From positions 1 through 37,787 of the IMG/VR virus record IMGVR_UViG_3300008266_000182: a stretch of 37,787 nt of DNA. The stretch is one strand, 5' to 3'. Positions 31,435 through 37,787 of the stretch are shown here, piece after piece; the stretch's first letter is position 1, and each line of letters opens with the position of its first letter. Made by a program: the position numbers and the translations under genes. The notes beneath the pieces are model-generated. The model was not told the DNA's origin. It was given only the letters and a program-made list of their open reading frames with translations, and ran no database searches. This stretch comes from a virus.

Positions 31435-32295
31435 ATGCGATTGAAGAAGTTTGTACTGCGAAACGAAGTCCAAGACGAATCCGGCACTGAGGTGCTGGAG
31501 GTCGAGCAGGAAGTAGCGGAGCCGGTAGAGGAAGTCACCGACGCAGCGCCCGAAGAGTCGGCGGGGTCTGAGGATGTGGTTATCAGCATTGGTGACGAGC
31601 CAATCGAAGAAGCCAAAGAGCAGGCCCCCGAGTGGGTGCGAGAACTGCGCCGCTCTCATCGTGAGCTGCAAAAGGAAAACCGCGAACTGAAAGCGGCAAT
31701 CAGCAAACCCGCCGATAAGCCGACGATCACGCTAGGCAAAAAGCCCTCATTGTCTGATGATGGTATTGACTACGACGCCGAGGTGTTTGAGCAGCGCCTG
31801 ACTGAATGGCACGACCGCAAGCGCCAGATTGAGCAACAAGAGAACGAGCAGAAGCGCGAGCGCGATGCACAAGAGCAGGCATGGAAAGACCGCCTAGACG
31901 CCTATGCAAAGTCTAAGGAGTCGCTAAAGGTCAAGGACTACGAAGACGCCGAAGCAGTTGCACAGGAAACCCTGAACGTTACACAACAAGGCATACTCGT
32001 ACAAGGCGCAGACAATCCAGCATTAATCATTTATGCGTTAGGCAAGAACCCCGCCAAAGCGAAAGAACTTGCAGGCATCAAAGACCCTGTAAAGTTCGCC
32101 TTTGCAATCGCAAAACTGGAGACACAATTGAAAGTAACCAACCGCAAAGCCCCGCCACCGCCTGAGAAGGTAATCCAAGGCACAGGCCGCGCCTCCGGTG
32201 CGATTGATTCGACTCTTGAACGACTCCGCGCAGAGGCTGAGAAAACCGGCGATATGTCCAAGGTACTCGCGTACAAACGAAACAACCGAAAGTAA
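31435..32295 (+). CDS. Scaffolding protein
   Basis: 286 aa, acidic, highly charged helical sequence between portal and coat. Confidence 0.7.
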   Translation: MRLKKFVLRNEVQDESGTEVLEVEQEVAEPVEEVTDAAPEESAGSEDVVISIGDEPIEEAKEQAPEWVRELRRSHRELQKENRELKAAISKPADKPTITLGKKPSLSDDGIDYDAEVFEQRLTEWHDRKRQIEQQENEQKRERDAQEQAWKDRLDAYAKSKESLKVKDYEDAEAVAQETLNVTQQGILVQGADNPALIIYALGKNPAKAKELAGIKDPVKFAFAIAKLETQLKVTNRKAPPPPEKVIQGTGRASGAIDSTLERLRAEAEKTGDMSKVLAYKRNNRK

Positions 32296-32299
32296 TGTA

Positions 32300-32328
32300 T
32301 TGCGCACTTTTTGAAGGTGCGCGATAAT
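32300..32328 (+). promoter_or_regulatory. Possible internal promoter TTGCGC-17-GATAAT ahead of the coat gene
   Basis: Hexamers read directly; the spacer contains the hairpin GCGCAC/GTGCGC (32302-32322). Confidence 0.3.
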
Positions 32329-32335
32329 TAAGACA

Positions 32336-32392
32336 CGGCCCCGCCTCCGTCATGGTGAGTAATATCGGCACCGCCTCCGTATGGTGAGATAA
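32336..32392. repeat. Two direct repeats CGGC(C/A)CCGCCTCCGT(C)ATGGTGAG, 30-nt period, in the coat 5' leader
   Basis: 32336-32359 and 32366-32388 differ by one substitution and one 1-nt indel. Confidence 0.85.
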
Positions 32393-32436
32393 GCGCAGGT
32401 AACTGCAATCATTTCATTTTTAAGGAATTACTCATC

Positions 32437-33705
32437 ATGGCCAATCAATTCAGCAAAGAAGAGCGCGTAGCCTTTGAGGACGTACTCGAAAAGTTCAACG
32501 ATCAACTCGTTCTTTCCCGCAACGTCAACAAGTACAACACCGACTCCGTGACAATGGAGCGGACTAACGACACCATCTGGCGCCCACAGCCGTACATTGC
32601 CCAGTCTTACGACGGCACTGACGCAACATCCAACTTCAACGACCAGACTCAACTGTCTGTACCTTCTACCATTGGCTTCGCCAAACACGCCACTGCAATC
32701 CTGACCGCAACCCAATTGCGCGACCTGTTGCAAGAAGGCCGACTGGGTGAAGCTGCTGCGCAGAAGCTGGCGTCTGATGTGAACGTGGCCGTTATGAACG
32801 TTGCCGCACAGCAAGGCTCTCTGGTGGTGAAGCGCACCTCTGCCGCATCCGGTTTTGATGACATTGCGCAAGCTGAAGCCATCATGAACGAGCAAGGCGT
32901 TCAAGCGTTTGACCGTTACATGGCCCTGTCCACACGCGACTACAACGGCATGGCTTCCAACTTGGCAGGCCGTCAGACCTTGACCCCCAAAGCCCTGACA
33001 GCTTACGAGAAGGCCTACATTGGTCAGTTGGCATCGTTTGATACCTACAAGCTGGACTACGCAAACAGCTTGCCAGCCGCTGCCGGTGGTGCGTCTATCA
33101 CCATCAACACATTGGACGCAGGTAACAACCACTACACACCTAAAGCGACTTCTACAGCCGCAACAGGTGAAGTGTCCAACGTTGACAACCGCTACCAGAC
33201 CGTGACCGTTTCCAGCACCACTAACGTGGCTGCCGGTGACTGCTTCACTATCGCTGGTTTGAACGCTGTGCATCACATCACCAAGGGCGACACCGGCCAG
33301 CTCAAGACCTTCCGTGTGATCTCCGTGACCAACGGCACTACTATGGTGATCTCGCCCCCGATCATCACCAACCAAGTGGCAAACGCTGCCGCCGCTCAGT
33401 ACCAAAACTGCAAGATCAACACCAAGGCGTCTAACAGCGCTATCGTGTGGTTGAACACTGTGCGCGCCAACGTTAACCCATTCTGGCAAAAAGACGCCAT
33501 CGAATTGCTGCCCGGACGCTATGCCGTGCCAACCGATGCGGGTGCTGCTGTGATGCGCGCTACCACCGACCAAGGTATCGAGATCGTCCTGCAAAAACAG
33601 TACGACATTGACACCATGAAAACCAAGTATCGCTGGGATACCCGTTTTGGCGTGGTGATGACGCAGCCGCAGATGGCGGGTATCGTTCTCTTCTCGCAAT
33701 CCTAA
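32437..33705 (+). CDS. Major capsid (coat) protein, P22 gp5-like
   Basis: ERTNDTIWRPQP, NVDNRYQTVTVSSTTNVAAGDCFTIAG and NPFWQKDAIELLPG parallel recalled P22 coat segments. Confidence 0.9.
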   Translation: MANQFSKEERVAFEDVLEKFNDQLVLSRNVNKYNTDSVTMERTNDTIWRPQPYIAQSYDGTDATSNFNDQTQLSVPSTIGFAKHATAILTATQLRDLLQEGRLGEAAAQKLASDVNVAVMNVAAQQGSLVVKRTSAASGFDDIAQAEAIMNEQGVQAFDRYMALSTRDYNGMASNLAGRQTLTPKALTAYEKAYIGQLASFDTYKLDYANSLPAAAGGASITINTLDAGNNHYTPKATSTAATGEVSNVDNRYQTVTVSSTTNVAAGDCFTIAGLNAVHHITKGDTGQLKTFRVISVTNGTTMVISPPIITNQVANAAAAQYQNCKINTKASNSAIVWLNTVRANVNPFWQKDAIELLPGRYAVPTDAGAAVMRATTDQGIEIVLQKQYDIDTMKTKYRWDTRFGVVMTQPQMAGIVLFSQS

Positions 33706-33710
33706 GTAAT

Positions 33711-33733
33711 AGGGGCTTCGGCCCCTGTTTTTT
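33711..33733 (+). terminator. Rho-independent terminator after the coat gene
   Basis: AGGGGC-ttcg-GCCCCT followed by GTTTTTT. Confidence 0.85.
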
Positions 33734-33790
33734 GATTCAACCAAAGACCTCCGCTAGAAATAGCGGGGGCAGAAATTACAGGGTATTGCC

Positions 33791-35296
33791 GTGGAAAAAA
33801 TCATTTACGCTAATGGGACTGCTGAAGTATTAGTCCCCGCCGGTCAGAAAATCGCAATCGCAACTTACGGGAACGAATACGCAACTCTCTCATTCAAGCG
33901 CGGCAATAACCTAGAGTTCATTCAGCGACTCAATAACGCGCAGGTAACGCTAGGCCCTTGGACTGATGTTCGCACCGTCAACATTGAAGCCGCACAAGAC
34001 CCAGTTTCTTACGATGTGGGCACTGCGCCGTTCCTTGAGAGCAATGTGCGGATGAGTTCTAATCCTTTCACCGGGGGGGTCACAGGGATTCAGGCACCAG
34101 ATGGAAGCCGCATCGCGCTCGCTCCCATCGCAGGCAGCGGCTGGACGCGCCCATTCAGCGGAGGCCCAGCCTCTGCCACCCCCTTCACATTCTGCAACCA
34201 GCATCCCGTGGTTCCGCGCTTCGTGGGTGTGCAGCTTGGGTTTCTCAACTTGGGTACTGCTGCCTACACCGTGGCGGGCGCTAAAGTCGCAGTGGCACCG
34301 ACTGACGGTAACAATGGACAGGCACTCACATGGGTCGATGCAACATTCGACAATGGTGTTTCCTCTACCGCCACTCCCAAGGTGATTGCGGCTGGCTCTG
34401 GTGCAACCGTTAACGCTGTGCCCGGTGGACTGACAGCGACTGACGTTATCCCCCTGTTGCCGGTAGATCGCACGGACATTCCGGGCAATCCTTTTCTGGT
34501 GCAGACACGAAGCTACATCAGCACAAACTCCACTTTGCACGCTACGCAGGCGGGGGGTATTACGGCATTCCGCGCCGCCACCGGCTTGGAGTTCGGCTCT
34601 ATGATTTCTCCCGGCGATCAAGTTACAAACCCTGCAACCCAATCAGTGGTGCCATCAGCAGCAGGCACATGGATTTGCCCAAGCGTGGTCAAGTTCTACT
34701 ATGAGGCCCCCACTATCAACGTCGCTGGTATTGGTGACTCGCTAATGCGCGGCCAAGGCTCCACATCGGGGCATAACAGCGGCGAAGAAATTGCCTGCCG
34801 CCAGCTATCCAGTGCGAGTAAGGTTTACGCTTATGCAAATTACGGCATCTCGGGCCAACAGATCGCCGCAAGTTTTGCAACAGCTCAGGCTGTATTGGCA
34901 TCCGACACATTCCGCCCACAGGTGCTAGTCTGGAAAGCGTTTTCCCCCAACGACGCCTACACGCAAGCGAACTTTGACGCGGCCTATCTCTACTTGTTGC
35001 GCTTGATGGATTTGTGCAACCAGAAGGGCGTGGCCCTGATTGTTCGCAATGCACAGCGCTGGAATCAATCGCCGGGCAACACTGCACTGATCGAGGCATT
35101 CAATGCTCGGGTGGCAAAGTTGTCAGGGTTGGCGATTAACGACGACTACGGCATTCTTTCTGCGGGTGCCCCAGACGGAATAAAGAACAACCTTGCATAC
35201 ACCGTTAGTGCAGGCGACCAGCATTTAAGTGATGCGGGTTATGCAGCTATCTCTGCAACGCTCAAGAAGTTGATTCTTGCGGCTTACCCTGCCTAA
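33791..35296 (+). CDS. Two-domain protein: unknown N-terminal ~300 aa plus C-terminal SGNH/GDSL hydrolase domain
   Basis: GDSL block INVAGIGDSLMRGQGS, block III-like FSPNDAY and block V-like GDQHLSDAGY; GTG start at 33791. Confidence 0.7.
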   Translation: MEKIIYANGTAEVLVPAGQKIAIATYGNEYATLSFKRGNNLEFIQRLNNAQVTLGPWTDVRTVNIEAAQDPVSYDVGTAPFLESNVRMSSNPFTGGVTGIQAPDGSRIALAPIAGSGWTRPFSGGPASATPFTFCNQHPVVPRFVGVQLGFLNLGTAAYTVAGAKVAVAPTDGNNGQALTWVDATFDNGVSSTATPKVIAAGSGATVNAVPGGLTATDVIPLLPVDRTDIPGNPFLVQTRSYISTNSTLHATQAGGITAFRAATGLEFGSMISPGDQVTNPATQSVVPSAAGTWICPSVVKFYYEAPTINVAGIGDSLMRGQGSTSGHNSGEEIACRQLSSASKVYAYANYGISGQQIAASFATAQAVLASDTFRPQVLVWKAFSPNDAYTQANFDAAYLYLLRLMDLCNQKGVALIVRNAQRWNQSPGNTALIEAFNARVAKLSGLAINDDYGILSAGAPDGIKNNLAYTVSAGDQHLSDAGYAAISATLKKLILAAYPA

Positions 35297-35318
35297 GCCC
35301 CTCAGCACGAGGATCACA

Positions 35319-35336
35319 AACCCGCTTCGGCGGGTT
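35319..35336 (+). terminator. Stable hairpin AACCCGC-ttcg-GCGGGTT (no U tract)
   Basis: 7-bp stem 23 nt after the stop of the SGNH gene. Confidence 0.35.
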
Positions 35337-35355
35337 AACCTAAAATAGGAACGAT

Positions 35356-35604
35356 ATGGAATACCCCCTAAACCTTTACAAGTCCGCTGAGTTATTTGTC
35401 AATGTGGCAAACGACGAAGAAAAAGACGCAGCCCTAGCCGATGGCTGGTTTCTCACAGTTCCAGAAGCACTCGCAGGAAAAGCGGATGACAACTCCGCAC
35501 CCACCCGCGAAGAACTAGAACTCAAGGCAACCGAGCTAGGAATCAAGTTTGACGGGCGCACCACTGACGCTAAACTTGGCAAATTGATCGCTGAAAAGGT
35601 CTAA
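35356..35604 (+). CDS. Small head-associated protein with SAP/HeH-like motif
   Basis: REELELKATELGIKFDGRTTDAKLGKLIAEK resembles the Rho-N/HeH motif common in phage head-module proteins. Confidence 0.55.
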   Translation: MEYPLNLYKSAELFVNVANDEEKDAALADGWFLTVPEALAGKADDNSAPTREELELKATELGIKFDGRTTDAKLGKLIAEKV

Positions 35605-35606
35605 CC

Positions 35607-36074
35607 ATGACAACAAAACGCCAGTTCGTTAATCAGGCTTTTGAAGAAATCGGGCTGGCGTCTTATGTCTATGACTTGACCCCCGAGCAGCTAACAAGCG
35701 CAGTGACTAAGCTTGATTCCATGATGGCAACATGGAGCGCGAAGGGAATCAGATTGGGTTACCCGCTTGTGTCAAACCCAGATCAAAGCGATATTGAGTC
35801 TGACACTTTTGTGCCTGATTCTGCGTTTGAAGCCATCACGACAAACCTAGCGATTCGATTGGCTCCGAGCTACGGCAAGACCGTATCACAAGACACCAAG
35901 GCCATCGCAAAGGATGCGTTCAATACGCTGCTATCCCGCGCTGCTGTACCTCCTCAGATGCAATTGCCGGACTCCATGCCACTAGGCGCAGGCAACCGCT
36001 TGTACGACAATCCATTCACCCCGCCGCCCTTTGACCCGCTGACCGCTGGCCCTGATAGCGTGATTACTTTCTAG
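35607..36074 (+). CDS. Head-to-tail adaptor, P22 gp4-like
   Basis: FVNQAFEEIGLAS...LTPEQLTSAVTKLDSMMATWSAKGI...NLAIRLAPSYGK parallels recalled P22 gp4. Confidence 0.75.
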   Translation: MTTKRQFVNQAFEEIGLASYVYDLTPEQLTSAVTKLDSMMATWSAKGIRLGYPLVSNPDQSDIESDTFVPDSAFEAITTNLAIRLAPSYGKTVSQDTKAIAKDAFNTLLSRAAVPPQMQLPDSMPLGAGNRLYDNPFTPPPFDPLTAGPDSVITF

Positions 36075-36081
36075 GACTACC

Positions 36082-36525
36082 ATGACAGACATTAACCGAC
36101 TCTCAGCCCTAAGCGAGGTATCCGCAGGCGACCAAATCCCCGTCTATGCGCCTAATAACGGCGATGCGCGGCGAATGTCTGTCAGCCAATTGCAGGCCTT
36201 CATTCTGGCTAACCTGTTGCCCGAGGTGAAGCAGAACGCATCGCCTAGCGCTACCGGATTCAACATCTACGTCAACTCCGTGCGCGCGTCTGTCTGGCTG
36301 ATTGTGCAACCCGCCGCAGGGTATGCCGCTGGCACGATTACCCTACCCGCTGGGCCTGTTGACCTGCAAGAGTTGACAGTGAATTGCACCCAGTCCATAG
36401 GCACTCTGACAATCGCCCCGAATGGCGCTCTTGCTGTAACCGGTGCCCCCACTTCACTCGCTGCTAACGGATTTTTTAAACTCAAGTACGAACTGGCCTC
36501 GAATAGCTGGTATCGCGTAGCATAA
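36082..36525 (+). CDS. Hypothetical virion protein (147 aa)
   Basis: ORF between the gp4-like and gp10-like genes; no motif recognised. Confidence 0.6.
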   Translation: MTDINRLSALSEVSAGDQIPVYAPNNGDARRMSVSQLQAFILANLLPEVKQNASPSATGFNIYVNSVRASVWLIVQPAAGYAAGTITLPAGPVDLQELTVNCTQSIGTLTIAPNGALAVTGAPTSLAANGFFKLKYELASNSWYRVA

Positions 36526-36535
36526 GGAACACACC

Positions 36536-36838
36536 ATGATTCGCTCTCCATTCCAACCCCTGCGCGGTGGCAACAAAGTTGTAACCCCTGCGGCTACATC
36601 CGCATCTACAACCATAGACCCTGTTTCGCAGTCGGTGCGCTTTGTCAACTCAGGAACAAACATCTGTTATGTGCGGATGGGCACATCCGTGAGCGGTACA
36701 CCTGCGACAACCGCAGATACACCGGTACTGCCCAACTCTGAGGTCATTCTGGACAAAGCAGAGGGAGAAAATACCGTTTCGTATATCTCCGCAACAGGCA
36801 CTACCCTGAATATTCAATCGGGCGAAGGCGGCATCTAA
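36536..36838 (+). CDS. Hypothetical virion protein (100 aa)
   Basis: Its stop overlaps the ATG of the gp10-like gene (TAATG). Confidence 0.6.
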   Translation: MIRSPFQPLRGGNKVVTPAATSASTTIDPVSQSVRFVNSGTNICYVRMGTSVSGTPATTADTPVLPNSEVILDKAEGENTVSYISATGTTLNIQSGEGGI

Positions 36839-37787
36839 TGAAAATACCGGTACTCAATGGGATTTTTTCGGATGGTGCCGCAGATTTTCGGACGTCATAT
36901 CCGGTCAATCTCGTACCAGTACCGAAGGACAACGGCATCAGCAAGGGCTACCTGCGTCCTGCTGAGGGGCTAGTCTCTAACGGCATGGGTCCGGGTCTTA
37001 GTCGCGGAGGCATCAACTGGAACGGCGTCTGTTATCGGGTAATGGGGACTAAATTAGTCTCTGTTTCCGGTAGCGGCTCCGTTTCCGTCTTGGGCGATGT
37101 GGGCGGCACTGGTCAAGTGGTGTTTGACTACTCATTTGATCGGCTTGGTATAGCGTCTGGCGGCGACCTTTACTACTGGAATGGGGCAACCCTAACCAAA
37201 GTAATAGACCCAGACATTGGCGAGGTGGTTGACTTCTGCTGGGTGGATGGATATTTCCTGACCACTGATGGCGAGTTTTTGGTTGTCACTGAACTGACCG
37301 ACCCGACTCAAGTAAACCCACTCAAATACGGCAGCTCTGAAGCAGACCCCGACCCTATCAATGCGCTGTTGAAGCTGCGCAACGAAATCTACGTTTTGAA
37401 CCGCAACACAATTGAGGTGTTTGATAACGTGGGCGGCGAGGGATTCCCATTCCAACGAATCGAAGGCGCGCAGATTCAAAAGGGCGCGTTAGGCACTTTC
37501 TGCTCATGTGTGTTTGCCGACACTATCGCATTCTTGGGCGGTGGGCGCAACGAGTCCCCCGCTATCTATGTAGCCGCTAACGCAAACGCAATCAAAATCA
37601 GCACCCGCGAAATTGATACGCTGCTTTCTGCCTATACAGAGGCCGAGCTTGCAAACTCCATTTTTGAGTCCAAGACCGACAAAAGCCACGTCCATTTATG
37701 GGTGAGGTTGCCTGACCGCACTCTGGTTTATGACGCATCAGCATCGCAAGAGCTGGGCCAGCCGGTATGGTTTCAGCTTACAAGCGC
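36838..37787 (+). CDS. P22 gp10-like packaged-DNA stabilization / tail hub protein, N-terminal part (open to the window end; continues at base 115 via the repeat)
   Basis: ATG 36838 with no stop before the window end, so it is absent from the ORF track. SYPVNLVPVPKDNGISKGYLRP and SRGGINWNGVCYRVMGTKL parallel the recalled gp10 N-terminus. Confidence 0.85.
   Translation, partial: MKIPVLNGIFSDGAADFRTSYPVNLVPVPKDNGISKGYLRPAEGLVSNGMGPGLSRGGINWNGVCYRVMGTKLVSVSGSGSVSVLGDVGGTGQVVFDYSFDRLGIASGGDLYYWNGATLTKVIDPDIGEVVDFCWVDGYFLTTDGEFLVVTELTDPTQVNPLKYGSSEADPDPINALLKLRNEIYVLNRNTIEVFDNVGGEGFPFQRIEGAQIQKGALGTFCSCVFADTIAFLGGGRNESPAIYVAANANAIKISTREIDTLLSAYTEAELANSIFESKTDKSHVHLWVRLPDRTLVYDASASQELGQPVWFQLTS
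37674..37787. repeat. Second copy of the terminal direct repeat (equals 1-114)
   Basis: Identical 114 nt as read. Confidence 0.95.

Noticed and set aside
32352-32387. 11-codon upstream ORF (MVSNIGTASVW) spanning the two coat-leader repeats
   Set aside because: No RBS. It is probably a by-product of the ATGGTGAG repeat, and is mentioned only in the repeat finding.
32428-33744. 438-aa ORF on the minus strand spanning the whole coat gene
   Set aside because: It is antisense to a + strand frame with clear P22 coat similarity. Its product is His/Val/Gly/Cys/Arg-rich with no start context. This is a typical stop-free shadow frame.

Overview
The window is a complete phage genome assembled as a circle. 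Bases 1-114 repeat exactly at 37674-37787, so the unit length is 37673 bp, and one gene (P22 gp10-like) is split across the window ends. Coding is very dense, with many ATGA/TAATG start-stop overlaps.

Layout:
(i) A late operon on the + strand runs from about 27127 through the junction to 9557. It encodes two tiny membrane peptides, small and large terminase, a P22-like portal, scaffold, a P22-like coat, an SGNH-esterase-domain protein and a gp4-like adaptor. These are followed by the gp10-like hub, a needle/fiber with a C1q-like knob, proteins in the P22 gp14/7/20/16 slots, a tailspike and a lysis cassette with an M15 endolysin.
(ii) A leftward early operon runs 12792->9687: Rad52-like annealase, Gp157-like protein, SSB and an AP2-domain protein.
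(iii) Rightward early/middle genes run 13348->26519: SNF2 helicase, DNA methyltransferase, Mor-like HTH, replication initiator, DnaB, many small ORFs, RusA, a Ref-like HNH protein and a hexapeptide-repeat protein.

No integrase, CI-type repressor, reverse transcriptase, CRISPR array or canonical tRNA was recognised.

The features that ordinary annotation does not explain are mostly RNA or regulatory:
- Two ORF-free regions (12793-13347 and 26520-27126) are packed with hand-foldable structure. They include an 86-nt tRNA-like cloverleaf with a textbook T arm and an encoded CCA, and a promoter-to-terminator sRNA candidate.
- A palindrome TAGGGTnnACCCTA(AT) sits at a fixed 37-38 nt upstream of the -10 hexamer at five dispersed promoters that also share a leader. 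One copy lies in a back-to-back promoter switch.
- An 18-bp x 17 tandem array encodes a V-[YS]-G-[DN]-A-[QRW] beta-helix-like protein.
- Three families of repeated gene-junction sequences are present.

All functional calls rest on recalled family motifs, synteny and hand folding. No searches or computations were run.
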